A stretch of DNA of 64,000 nt, taken from positions 11,820 through 75,819 of the forward strand of contig MWCY01000002.1 in assembly GCA_002070275.1 (NCBI GenBank), in the 5' to 3' direction. The notes under the pieces are model-generated. The model was not told the origin of the DNA, did no database searches, and saw only the letters and a list, made by a program, of their open reading frames with translations. This stretch comes from Candidatus Hydrogenedentes bacterium ADurb.Bin170 (GTDB taxonomy: Bacteria > Hydrogenedentota > Hydrogenedentia > Hydrogenedentales > CAITNO01). The stretch's first letter is position 1. Every line of letters begins with the position of its first letter. Both the position numbers and the translations under genes were made by a program. Shown here in pieces: positions 9,574 through 19,195 of the stretch.

Positions 9574-12216
9574 GTGTCCGTTCAGGGACTTCCGGAAGTC
9601 ATGTCTACTGCTTCCACAGGATGCTTCATGTTTTTCACTTCTTTGTTTCTACTTTTCGGGAACAGCCTCATGTTTGCCACTACTCAGGATCTCATGTTCA
9701 GTCCCGCTTTTTACGAAACAGGTACTGGATGCATCTGGACACGTCCGCATTCCGAACTTCTTTCCATGGATGAATGGTTCCTCGCCGGACCTGCTCCCGG
9801 AATATACCGTGACGAATGGCTGGAAGCCGCTGCGGACTACCGCGACCAGGTCAGCCAGGGCGGCAAACGATTTTTACTGCTGGACACTGCCCGCGGAGTC
9901 GCCCGTGTACAGCCTTCTTCAGCACTGACCCGGCTGCTGAAACTCCAGCCGGGGGACGAACTTTTTTACTCTTTCCGTGCACGGAGCGGAAAAGAATCTG
10001 TATTTTCTCTAACCCTGGAAGAAATCACCCACGAGCAGGGGTCGCCGGACAACTGGCAGAAGACATTGCAGACACTGCACCTTCCCGGAGACGGGGAATG
10101 GCATGAGCTTTCCTGGTCTGTAAACATCCCTGAAGACGTTCCGGAAACCTGTATCGCAGCCCCTGTCCTGACTCTGATGCCCGGCTCTGACATGTCCGCT
10201 TCCGCGGAAATCGCCGGCATTCTCTTCGGCATCGGTGACACGGAGCGGATGTCCCTGCTGGGGAATCACTTGCGTTTCATGAACAGCACCCATATGTGCC
10301 GGTGCATTTACAACCGTGACGATCTGGAATGGGCAGGCAGTGCCTTTTCCGGTTATTTTCTTTTCGCCTATGACCGCCGGTTCTACACCCCGGAAGAGGG
10401 ATACAAAACCCAGGCACTGATTGAGGATTTTCAGGAACGGCTGGGCGGGGTGGATACTGTAGTCTTCTGGCCTTCTTATCCGCAGCTGGGTGTGGATGAC
10501 CGCAGTCAGTTTGATTTCTTCGACGATATGCCCGGCGGTTTGACGGGGCTGCGGGAGCAGTTCCGTCTGATGCAGGAAAAGGGCATCCGCATTCTCCTGC
10601 CTTTCCTGCCCTGGGACACGGGCACCCGTCGCGAAAATGATGAAGCGGAAAAGCAGCTGATCGCACTCGTTGCGGCTCTGGAAGCGGACGGAATCTTCAT
10701 GGACAGCCTGTCCGGTGCAGAAGACCGGCTCCGGATGGCGACCGACTCGGAAAAACTGGGCGTGGTTTTTGTTCCCGGCGCATGCCCCCCTGTGGAGCAG
10801 GTGAGTGTATGCAATCTGTCCTGGGCGCAAAATGCGGAGTATCCCATTCCTCCGGGAATCCCTTTGCTGAAATGGGTGGAACCACGGCACATGCAGCATT
10901 TCGTGCGCCCTTTCAGCCTGGATCGGCGTGAAGAAATCGAGCAGGCTTTTTTCAACGGATCCGGTCTGATGATCTGGGAAAATGTTTTCGGCTTTGCCAA
11001 TCCTCTGTCCGAAGAGGATGCCGCACTATGGAAACGCTGTGTATCCATTTTGCGAAGCATGCATAAGCCTTTCACATCCTCCCTTTGGGATCCTTTTTTC
11101 CCGTCCCTTCAGGAAGACCTCTATATTCACCGCTGGCCGGGTGCGCCGGGCACTGTCTTCACGCTGATCAATAAAGGGGAGCCTCTGGAATATGTGCCTC
11201 TTATCCGATGGAAACTTCCTGAATCTCTGCGTGCCGATCAGATGGTCGTCTATGATCTGTGGAATGGCGGTACTCTCCGCTGGGATATGAACGAATTCGG
11301 TGCCGTTCAGGTATGGGGCGACGTGGAGCGTCTGGGCTGTATCGCCATCAGTTTTTCGCCTGACGAAAATCTTGAAAATCTGGCGGCACAGCGGAAAAAA
11401 GAACAGCTTCCGGAGGCATCATCCCGCCATCAATACCTCGCACTTCCGCAGCGTCTCGCAGCGCCGGCAGCGAATGCATCTTCAAACACGGGCGGAACAG
11501 ACGGAATGCGGTTTATCTCCGGTGGCGGCATTACGCTGGCAGCGGCAAATCCGGGCAATCCGGCAGATGAGCGTCTGCTTCCTTTACAGAAACAGGCAGA
11601 GGCAGAAACGCATCAGGTCAATCCTTTTTATATGGACGAAGCACAGGTCAGCAACGGAGCGTTCCAAGTGTTTCTTCAGGAAACGGGATATCATCCTGAA
11701 AATGATCAGAATTTCCTGAAACATTGGGGCGGCCGTTCCATGCCGGATGCGCTGGCGGATCTTCCTGTCGTCTATGTTTCCCTCGAAGATGCCCGGGCAT
11801 ATGCAGCCTGGGCGGGCAAACGCCTTCCGACGGAAGAAGAATGGCAGGCAGCCGCTCAGGGAGAGGACGGACGCTGCTGGCCGTGGGGCAACGATTTCAG
11901 CAGTCAGCACTGCGCTCCGGCGGGTACAGCACCTGCATCGGTTCGCAGTTGTGCGTCAGGCAGAAGCCCTTACGGCATGTACCATATGACCGGCAATGTG
12001 CGCGAATGGACGGAAAGCGAATACAGCGACGGAATCACCCGTTTCTGTATACTCCGGGGCGGCTCCTGCTATGAGGCAAAAGGCAGCCGGCGTTATGTTC
12101 CGGGCGGACCGCAGCCGGTAACAGCCCGCACAAAATATCTGCTGATGCATCCCGGCCTCGACCGGTCGTCGCTGATCGGGTTCCGCTGTGCGAAAGATGC
12201 GGTCAGCGCCGGCTGA
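9574..12216 (+). CDS. Large two-domain protein: glycoside-hydrolase-like TIM-barrel region plus C-terminal FGE-sulfatase (SUMF1-like) domain
   Basis: Hydrophobic N-terminus. Middle region with GH-like blocks (VVFWPSYPQLGVDDRSQFDFFDD...GIRILLPFLPWDTG...ADGIFMDS). C-terminal approximately 280 aa with the FGE/SUMF1 pattern (PVVYVSLEDARAYAAWAGKRLPTEEEW...GNVREWTES...RGGS...GFRCAKD). Confidence 0.6.
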   Translation: MSVQGLPEVMSTASTGCFMFFTSLFLLFGNSLMFATTQDLMFSPAFYETGTGCIWTRPHSELLSMDEWFLAGPAPGIYRDEWLEAAADYRDQVSQGGKRFLLLDTARGVARVQPSSALTRLLKLQPGDELFYSFRARSGKESVFSLTLEEITHEQGSPDNWQKTLQTLHLPGDGEWHELSWSVNIPEDVPETCIAAPVLTLMPGSDMSASAEIAGILFGIGDTERMSLLGNHLRFMNSTHMCRCIYNRDDLEWAGSAFSGYFLFAYDRRFYTPEEGYKTQALIEDFQERLGGVDTVVFWPSYPQLGVDDRSQFDFFDDMPGGLTGLREQFRLMQEKGIRILLPFLPWDTGTRRENDEAEKQLIALVAALEADGIFMDSLSGAEDRLRMATDSEKLGVVFVPGACPPVEQVSVCNLSWAQNAEYPIPPGIPLLKWVEPRHMQHFVRPFSLDRREEIEQAFFNGSGLMIWENVFGFANPLSEEDAALWKRCVSILRSMHKPFTSSLWDPFFPSLQEDLYIHRWPGAPGTVFTLINKGEPLEYVPLIRWKLPESLRADQMVVYDLWNGGTLRWDMNEFGAVQVWGDVERLGCIAISFSPDENLENLAAQRKKEQLPEASSRHQYLALPQRLAAPAANASSNTGGTDGMRFISGGGITLAAANPGNPADERLLPLQKQAEAETHQVNPFYMDEAQVSNGAFQVFLQETGYHPENDQNFLKHWGGRSMPDALADLPVVYVSLEDARAYAAWAGKRLPTEEEWQAAAQGEDGRCWPWGNDFSSQHCAPAGTAPASVRSCASGRSPYGMYHMTGNVREWTESEYSDGITRFCILRGGSCYEAKGSRRYVPGGPQPVTARTKYLLMHPGLDRSSLIGFRCAKDAVSAG

Positions 12217-12306
12217 AGAAGGAAAATTTTCCGAGCGCAACGCTCTCCGACGGCTTGTAATTTTTACAATTTGACTGCTACACTCTTCAACAATGGAGGA
12301 CACACC

Positions 12307-13284
12307 GTGAACGTGCAGAAAGCTGTAATTACCGCCGCCGGTCGTGGAGTCCGGCTGTTTCCCGTAGCAGATACCGTGCAGAAAGGCATGCTGCCGCTGC
12401 AGGACAGAGACGGTCTGGTCAAACCTGTGATTCAGATCATCATCGAGGAAGCGCTGGAAAGCGGCATAGAAGAACTGTGTATTGTCTGTGCTCCAGGGGA
12501 CGAAAGCCGCTATAGGCAACAAATGCAGCAGATCCGCGACAATCTCCTGGAAGGCTACTCAGGGGAGCAGTGGGCGCAGCAGCAGGCGGCAAGGCTGGAA
12601 GTTATCCTGAACAAACTGTCTTTTGCCGTTCAGGAAGAGGCGCTGGGCTACGGTCATGCGGTTTACTGCGCCAAAGACTTTGCAGGGGATGCTCCTTTTC
12701 TGCTGCTGCTCGGCGATCACCTTTATGTCTCTCATCTTGAAGGGAAACGCTGTGCTCAGCAGCTGCTGGCGCTGGCTGCACAGGAACAATGTGCCGTTGC
12801 GGCAGTTAACCCCACGAGAGAACATCTCGTCGGCAATTACGGTACAGTCAGCGGTAAGCGCGTCCCTGCCATGCCCGGCGTGTACACCCTTGAAAAGATC
12901 ATCGAAAAACCCTCAGTCAGCCTGGCGGAATCAGTTCTGCAAACCCCCGGTCTCCGGGCAGGTCATTATCTGTGCTTTTTCGGGATGCATGTACTCACAC
13001 CGGGGATTTTCCCCCTTATTGAAGAAGAAATGGCGCAGTCGAAACGCAGCAACAGCAGCTGCCAGCTGACTCCGGCTCTTCAGGCGCTGGCATTGCGGGA
13101 GAAGTATCTGGCTACAGAGGTTCAGGGAAGTCGCTATGATATCGGCGCCCGCTACGGACTGCTTCTGGCTCAAATGGCGCTGGGACTCGCCGGACAGGAT
13201 CGGGACGTCATGCTCTCCGATGTTGTGTCTCTTCTGGCGGAATGTCGCTGCAACAGCAGCCCTTCGATGGAAAGACAGGTATGA
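12307..13284 (+). CDS. Sugar-1-phosphate nucleotidyltransferase (GalU/UTP-glucose-1-phosphate uridylyltransferase-like)
   Basis: KAVITAAGRGVRLFPVADTVQKGMLPL matches the GalU-type (A)VIPAAGLGTRFLP..K.MLP motif. Probable GTG start at 12307 with GGAGGA SD 7 nt upstream. The longer ATG ORF begins at 12271. Confidence 0.65.
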   Translation: MNVQKAVITAAGRGVRLFPVADTVQKGMLPLQDRDGLVKPVIQIIIEEALESGIEELCIVCAPGDESRYRQQMQQIRDNLLEGYSGEQWAQQQAARLEVILNKLSFAVQEEALGYGHAVYCAKDFAGDAPFLLLLGDHLYVSHLEGKRCAQQLLALAAQEQCAVAAVNPTREHLVGNYGTVSGKRVPAMPGVYTLEKIIEKPSVSLAESVLQTPGLRAGHYLCFFGMHVLTPGIFPLIEEEMAQSKRSNSSCQLTPALQALALREKYLATEVQGSRYDIGARYGLLLAQMALGLAGQDRDVMLSDVVSLLAECRCNSSPSMERQV

Positions 13285-16200
13285 ACGCTTTTATCGAGAC
13301 CATCACCAGCCGTGACGAAGTTCTGCGCAACCGCCCCTTTCGCACCCTGTGCGCCGGCAGAAATTCTGCTGAACTTCTGGCGGCGGCACGGGAACTGGAA
13401 GCCTTCCGGCAGTCTTCAGAAAATCTTTACGAGCGGGTGCGGGCATCTCTTTTTCTCTACGCCCTTCACCGTTTTTACCTGAGTGAATCGGCAGACTTCC
13501 CCGCTTCGGGCACACTCCCGCCTTCCGGTTTCTATGATCTCATGGAGCGACGTTTTGAAGAAGCACTTGCCTGCTTCTGGAAAGAGGTGAATGAGCAGGG
13601 CGCTACAGGAGCACTTTGCAGTGCGCTGGCGGAAAGCTATCACCATCTCTCTTTTGACACGCTGAGCGATCAGGTGCGGCGCAGCGTGCGCTCGAGCCGT
13701 GGCAATCAGTGGATGTTCCGGGTCGGTCACCCTGCAGAACATCCCCTCCGCTGTCGCCCTGAGCTGCAGCGCCGAGCCTCAGGAGAAAGCCTCTACCCTG
13801 TCCTTGTTGAGCGGACACCAGTCCGGCTGGATCTAAGCCACAGCGGATGGTCCGACATTTTCTTTCTCGGCATGGACTACCCTGAAGGGGCACGCGTGCT
13901 CAATATCAGCGTGGATCTGGGCGTATACGGTCGCGACAGCAGCACCCGCCCTCCGGTACAGGCCTATGTCCGGGTCATCACCGAACCGGTTCTTCGCATC
14001 ACCAGTCTTGATCTGGGAACAAGCAAAGACATCCGGGATCTGGGTGATCTCTTCAATTTCGGTAATGACTATCTGAGCCTTTTAAAAGCCGGGATCATCG
14101 CCTCCGGCTTTATCCCGCCTTCTTTTGAAGGCACGGACATACCTCTGGCCGGGATTCTGGGTGAGGTTATCCGCCCCGGCATGGGAATGGAACTTGTCAC
14201 TCAGGTGAACGATATCCCCAAAGGATCCCGCCTCGCTGTTTCCACAAACCTGCTCGCCTGTGTCATTGCGCTGCTCATGCGCGCCACCGGCCAAACACAG
14301 TCCCTCACAGGTTCACTTACAGAAGAGGAACGGCGCCTTGCCGCATCCCGAGCCATTCTGGGCGAATGGCTGGGCGCTTCAGGCGGAGGCTGGCAGGATT
14401 CAGGCGGCATATGGCCGGGCATCAAAGTGATCCGCGGCGCCCTTGCGGGAGAATCCGATCCTGAACACGGTATAAGCAAGGGGCGGCTCCTGCCTGAGCA
14501 TCAGATTCTGGGCGATCAGGATCTGCATCCGGACATTACCGAACGGCTGGCGGCATCGCTCGTGTTAATTCACGGCGGCATGGCGCAGAACGTAGGACCC
14601 ATTCTTGAAATGGTTACCGAAAAATATCTGCTCCGCTCCCAGCCCGAATGGGACGCCCGCCTGCGGATGGACAAGATTTTCAACGGCATCCGCAGTGCCC
14701 TGAAAACAGGAGACATTAAAGCGCTGGGCGCCTGCACCACACAAAACTGGAATGATCCGCTCAAAACCATTATCCCCTGGGTCAGCAATCATTTCACGGA
14801 AAGCATCATCAGCCGCGCACGGGCGGCACTTGGGGACGATTTCTGGGGCTTTCTCATGCTGGGCGGCATGTCCGGCGGCGGTATGTGCATGATGGTGGCG
14901 CCTGAACGGCGGGAAGCCTTCCGTGACATTATTCTTGACATCATGCAGTCAACAAAAGAGGAGCTGGAAGAAGCCCTGCCCTTTGCCATGAATCCTGTCG
15001 TCTATGATTTTACGATCAACAATCAGGGAACACAGGCGGCGCTGCTGACCGGAGAAGAAGCACTGCTTCCCATGTCCTATCACATACTGCTCACCCCGGA
15101 TCTTGCCCGAAACTGCCCGGAGAATCTCCCGTTGCAGCGGCGGATAGAACTGGATTGCGCCATCGCCGCCTGCCCAGAACCGGATAAACGGGATCAATTG
15201 CTTCGAACACTTGTGGGCAGCCTGTTCCGTGTAGGAGATGCGCTGTCACGAAGCGAGAAGAACCAATGGGACGAAGAAGCGGAAGCGATCAAGGCACAGA
15301 ACGGCTTTGACAGCATTCAGCATGAAATGATCCGGGATGATCTGCGGGGGGGCCGCATCGGGCTTTCCCGGAACCGCCTGCCCGCCGATACGCTCATCGA
15401 AGATGTTCAGGATCAGGATATCCTATTTCTTAAAGCCGATGCCCGAAGCAGACAGTCGGGCGAAGAAGCGCTCAGAGCGGGCACCGTTGCTGTGCTGTCC
15501 CTGGCTGCCGGCGTAGGCAGCCGCTGGACAACAGGTGCTGGCGTAATCAAAGCAATCAACCCCTTTATTTTTATGGCAGGCAGGCATCGCAGCTTTCTGG
15601 AACTCCATCTGGCAAAAACACGGGAAAGCATGCAGCGGTACAGCTGCGTAATCCCTCATATAGTGTCCACCAGTTTTCTCACCCATGGGCCTGTCGTAAA
15701 GCATCTGGAGCAACAGAAACGCTATCAGCATCCAGGCCCCCTTTACCTGTCGCCGGGCAGATCCATCGGACAGCGTTTTGTGCCTATGGTGCGGGATCTT
15801 CTTTTTCTCTGGGAAGAAACGACTCAGGAAAGCCTGGATGAACAGAAACAGAAGGTGCGCGATGCCGTCCGGGCAGCACTGATCGACTGGGCGAAAGCCA
15901 AAGGGGAAGGAACGGACTATACGGACAACCTGCCTATCCAGCGGTTTAATCCGCCCGGCCACTGGTACGAGGTCCCCAATCTGCTGCTGAACGGCGTACT
16001 GGCGCAGTTGCTGCAGGATCAGCCTCAGATCAAAACCCTCCTGCTGCACAATATCGACACGCTCGGTGCCGATCTGGATGCAACTGCTCTGGGCATGCAT
16101 CTTCTGTCGGGCAATGCGCTCAGCTTTGAGGTTACACCCCGGCGTATTGCGGATCGGGGCGGCGGTCTTGCGCGGGTAAACGGAAGACTCAGGCTGCTGG

Positions 16201-16616
16201 AAGGGCTGGCACAGCCCCGGGAAGAAGATGAACTCCGGCTGCGCTTCTACAATACGATGACCACCTGGATCGATGTCGATGCGCTATTGCAGCAGTTCGG
16301 GCTGGTGCGCGAAGATTTATGCCGGTCACGGGATAAAGTCGCTCAGGCTGTACGCATGATGGCAAGGCGCATGCCCAGTTATGTCACGATTAAAGATGTG
16401 AAACGACGCTGGGGCCGCGGGCAGGAAGATGTTTACCCGGTTGCTCAGGTGGAAAAACTCTGGAGCGACATGAGCGCACTCCCCGACCTGTCCTGCGGTT
16501 ATATGGTTGTGCCCCGCTTCAGAGGCCAGCAGCTGAAAGATCTGAACCAGCTCGACGCCTGGGCAAATGACGGAAGCAAGGACTGGATCGCCCGCCTTTG
16601 CGGACTTCAGGGCTGA
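13281..16616 (+). CDS. Bifunctional fucokinase-type GHMP sugar kinase / UDPGP-family (UGPase-like) nucleotide-sugar pyrophosphorylase fusion (1112 aa)
   Basis: GGWSD-like fucokinase motif (LDLSHSGWSDIFF). GHMP motif-II-like PKGSRLAVSTNLLACVIAL. GHMP C-terminal-like region (..GGMSGGGMCMMV..). C-terminal domain with the UDPGP blocks (LSLAAGVGSRW..; LLHNIDTLGADLD, cf. NIDNLGA of UGPases). ATG 13281 overlaps the upstream stop (ATGA). Confidence 0.55.
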   Translation: MNAFIETITSRDEVLRNRPFRTLCAGRNSAELLAAARELEAFRQSSENLYERVRASLFLYALHRFYLSESADFPASGTLPPSGFYDLMERRFEEALACFWKEVNEQGATGALCSALAESYHHLSFDTLSDQVRRSVRSSRGNQWMFRVGHPAEHPLRCRPELQRRASGESLYPVLVERTPVRLDLSHSGWSDIFFLGMDYPEGARVLNISVDLGVYGRDSSTRPPVQAYVRVITEPVLRITSLDLGTSKDIRDLGDLFNFGNDYLSLLKAGIIASGFIPPSFEGTDIPLAGILGEVIRPGMGMELVTQVNDIPKGSRLAVSTNLLACVIALLMRATGQTQSLTGSLTEEERRLAASRAILGEWLGASGGGWQDSGGIWPGIKVIRGALAGESDPEHGISKGRLLPEHQILGDQDLHPDITERLAASLVLIHGGMAQNVGPILEMVTEKYLLRSQPEWDARLRMDKIFNGIRSALKTGDIKALGACTTQNWNDPLKTIIPWVSNHFTESIISRARAALGDDFWGFLMLGGMSGGGMCMMVAPERREAFRDIILDIMQSTKEELEEALPFAMNPVVYDFTINNQGTQAALLTGEEALLPMSYHILLTPDLARNCPENLPLQRRIELDCAIAACPEPDKRDQLLRTLVGSLFRVGDALSRSEKNQWDEEAEAIKAQNGFDSIQHEMIRDDLRGGRIGLSRNRLPADTLIEDVQDQDILFLKADARSRQSGEEALRAGTVAVLSLAAGVGSRWTTGAGVIKAINPFIFMAGRHRSFLELHLAKTRESMQRYSCVIPHIVSTSFLTHGPVVKHLEQQKRYQHPGPLYLSPGRSIGQRFVPMVRDLLFLWEETTQESLDEQKQKVRDAVRAALIDWAKAKGEGTDYTDNLPIQRFNPPGHWYEVPNLLLNGVLAQLLQDQPQIKTLLLHNIDTLGADLDATALGMHLLSGNALSFEVTPRRIADRGGGLARVNGRLRLLEGLAQPREEDELRLRFYNTMTTWIDVDALLQQFGLVREDLCRSRDKVAQAVRMMARRMPSYVTIKDVKRRWGRGQEDVYPVAQVEKLWSDMSALPDLSCGYMVVPRFRGQQLKDLNQLDAWANDGSKDWIARLCGLQG

Positions 16617-16699
16617 CTTTTCCGGTCACGCACCTTGCGGTTGTCCAGAATTTTTCCTACAAGGAGACGCTGAAAACTGAAACAGCTCCACCGGAGACT

Positions 16700-19177
16700 A
16701 TGCTACCTGCCTTTATGAATCCATCTTTCAAAGAAAAATACGCCCGAGTGCCCGCCTCGCCTCTGCTGTGGTTTTTTCTTCTCTGCGCCTTCCATTTTTC
16801 CTTTAATATATGGTGGCTCCATGCCGACCGCCACGCCATCAGCACAGACGAAGAAACTCATATGATTATGGCGCGGGACTACTACACCGCACTGTTTCTT
16901 CCGCCCGGCAATGAAAGTATCAGCGCCCGTTTTGAAGCACTGCGACATATCCGCGCTGATGTGGGCAATCCGGTACACCCGCCGCTGCTTCATCTTGCCG
17001 GTGCCTTTCTGGCAAAAATCCTGGGCTACGGAATAGACCGCATCGCTTTTGCCAACACCTTGGCATTTCTTCTGTCACTGGCAGGCTTTTATCTGCTGAT
17101 GGGCTCGTTTCTCTCGCAAAAAAACACGCTTTTTGCCGTCACTGTCTTCAGCATGACGCCCATGGTTTACATGGCATCCCGTTATTTCATGACAGACTTT
17201 CTTTCCATGGCGCTTGTGATCTGGGTGCTTTACACGCTGTGGAAATCAGACGGCTACGCCCGTATCGGCTGGACTGTGCTTTTCGGCATCTGCAACGGAC
17301 TCGCCCTGCTGACACGGACAACGGCAGTACTTTATTATGCGTTGCCCTGTTTTCTTGTCGGATGCTTCGGCGTGTACCGTATTTTTCAGGAAAGCTCCGG
17401 TTTCGCCAGTCGCTGGAAGGAGCTGATGAAAATGAGTGCCCGCATGGCACTGGCGGCAGGCATCACGCTGCTTCTTGCGGCACCCTGGTACATCATGCAC
17501 GGGGAACAGTTCTACCAGCACTGGATGAAGCCGCAGGCTGTCCACGAGGAAACGCCGCTATCTATCCTCCGGAAAACAGCACCGCCTCCGCAGCAGACAG
17601 CCGCTGCATCGAAAACAGAAGCGACGGCATCCGCAGCGGATGGTCAGAAAGAAAACAGCAGCCCGAAAGGGGAAACTGGAAAAGCCGGATGGCGCCTGCG
17701 TCTGCACAGACGTATCCCCTGGACACGCTACCCGGTTTTTGTCATCAACAACGCTGTTTTTTTGCCCATGTTTCTTTTAAGCCTAGCCGGCATGATCTGT
17801 GCCTGCTGCAGCGGTGCTTTCATAAAACGAAAAGAAATCTGGCTGCTCCTGAGCTGGCTGTGGGGTTCCTATGTTCTCCTCACACTGCTGCTCAGTTTTT
17901 CCACACCGCGTTACGCTTTGCAGGCACTGCCCGCCCTTGCGTTTTTTTCCGCCCTCCCCTTCTTCCTGATTCAGGGAGGCAAACTTCGGCGGACACTGCA
18001 GGGGGTATATCTGGCACTGCTTCTCTTTCAATTTGTCACCCTGTCTGTTCACGCCTTTTCGCCGCTTCCCGAACTCAAACTGCCCCTTCAGCCGGATCCG
18101 GAATTTCAGGCTGTCTATGATGATCCGGGTCTGTACATCTATAAATCCGTGCTCCATGCGTCAAGCGCCTACGGCCGCATGCAGGCACCTATGCAGGACA
18201 ATTTCAAAGACCGGATTTTTGAAGCCATGCTGCAGAACGAGCAGAAACAACCCTATTTCGGGGTGGAAGCTCCTTATGCCCGCCTCAACATGAGAGGCAT
18301 GCTCTTTGAGGAGCAGCATTACTGGCTTGACAGCTCCCGCCCCAATCCTTTCCGGCGTACCGACATTCCGGCTGATCTGGAACCCTATCGCAACTTCCGA
18401 CATTACGGCTGGGGAAGAGACATGGAGGAAATACAACCCATACTTCCCATGGTGGACTATGTTGTCTACACGACGGAAGATATCAGCGAGGCAAAGGAGC
18501 AGGAATGGCTTCACATTCTCGACAGCCACGACTTTGATCTCATTGAACGCTTTTTCGAAGCGCGTTTCGGACAGGTTGGCGCACGTTATTATGCAGTGGC
18601 GGCACGCCGGGAAATCCGTCCCCTGCCGGAAATTAAAACACAGGCAGACATTGCCGCTCTGCCTCTGGAAGCTCTGTACCGTTTCCGCCATTCGGGCAAG
18701 TGGCGGCTCCTTTCGCCCCCTCTTCAGAATATGCTGGAGCAGCGCATACAAGCACTCTTTGAAGCCCGTGGAAAAGGCGTTACTCTCAATGACACCGTCA
18801 CGTTTCTTGGGGCCACTGCATCCCGGGCATCTGAGGATCGCTACATCCTGAACCTGATGTTTAAATCAAATGATCCGCCTCCGCTCAGCTGCCGGCTGCT
18901 GCTGCAGGGCGTCGTGTCGCCTGAGGATATGGCAGTTCATTTTGGAACGCCGGGTGAAAAGTACGGTCAATTCCGGTGGTCTTTCGAACCCAGCCCGTCA
19001 CTTGTCTTCTGGCCCGAACAGGGGCATGTGCTGGTACGCTTCCCCTTTTCCGCCAGGCCCATACCTTACGAGCTGAGCCTTGCCTTTTTTCTGCCAGGAA
19101 AAGGACTGTGGGATCGGGCGGTCAATCTCGGATCAGTGGACTTCAGTAAAGTACCCGATGAAAATGCAACCCGGTAA
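16700..19177 (+). CDS. GT-C fold glycosyltransferase, ArnT/PMT-like (GT83/GT39-type) with large C-terminal extracytoplasmic domain
   Basis: Multi-TM N-terminal half with an acidic first-loop motif (HADRHAISTDEETHMIMARDYY) and ArnT/PMT-like helices. Approximately 380-aa soluble C-terminal region. No STT3 WWDYG motif seen. Start set at ATG 16700 (GGAG upstream). The long ORF from 16598 overlaps the upstream gene. Confidence 0.6.
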   Translation: MLPAFMNPSFKEKYARVPASPLLWFFLLCAFHFSFNIWWLHADRHAISTDEETHMIMARDYYTALFLPPGNESISARFEALRHIRADVGNPVHPPLLHLAGAFLAKILGYGIDRIAFANTLAFLLSLAGFYLLMGSFLSQKNTLFAVTVFSMTPMVYMASRYFMTDFLSMALVIWVLYTLWKSDGYARIGWTVLFGICNGLALLTRTTAVLYYALPCFLVGCFGVYRIFQESSGFASRWKELMKMSARMALAAGITLLLAAPWYIMHGEQFYQHWMKPQAVHEETPLSILRKTAPPPQQTAAASKTEATASAADGQKENSSPKGETGKAGWRLRLHRRIPWTRYPVFVINNAVFLPMFLLSLAGMICACCSGAFIKRKEIWLLLSWLWGSYVLLTLLLSFSTPRYALQALPALAFFSALPFFLIQGGKLRRTLQGVYLALLLFQFVTLSVHAFSPLPELKLPLQPDPEFQAVYDDPGLYIYKSVLHASSAYGRMQAPMQDNFKDRIFEAMLQNEQKQPYFGVEAPYARLNMRGMLFEEQHYWLDSSRPNPFRRTDIPADLEPYRNFRHYGWGRDMEEIQPILPMVDYVVYTTEDISEAKEQEWLHILDSHDFDLIERFFEARFGQVGARYYAVAARREIRPLPEIKTQADIAALPLEALYRFRHSGKWRLLSPPLQNMLEQRIQALFEARGKGVTLNDTVTFLGATASRASEDRYILNLMFKSNDPPPLSCRLLLQGVVSPEDMAVHFGTPGEKYGQFRWSFEPSPSLVFWPEQGHVLVRFPFSARPIPYELSLAFFLPGKGLWDRAVNLGSVDFSKVPDENATR

Positions 19178-19195
19178 TTGCGAAAGGCACCCTGC

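Noticed and set aside
10009-10899. 296-aa minus-strand ORF, and similar antisense ORFs at 15423-16100, 2201-3076, 17239-18120, 37935-38618, 56017-56961 and 6071-6739
   Set aside because: All lie opposite or out of frame within ORFs that have clear homology-type motifs. They have no SDs or domains and are artefacts of GC-rich sequence.
11400-12216. Calling the FGE-like domain a functional formylglycine-generating enzyme for sulfatase maturation
   Set aside because: Only one Cys is visible in the C-terminal catalytic segment. The only sulfatase-family domain in the window has Thr rather than Cys at the FGly position. Function is left open.
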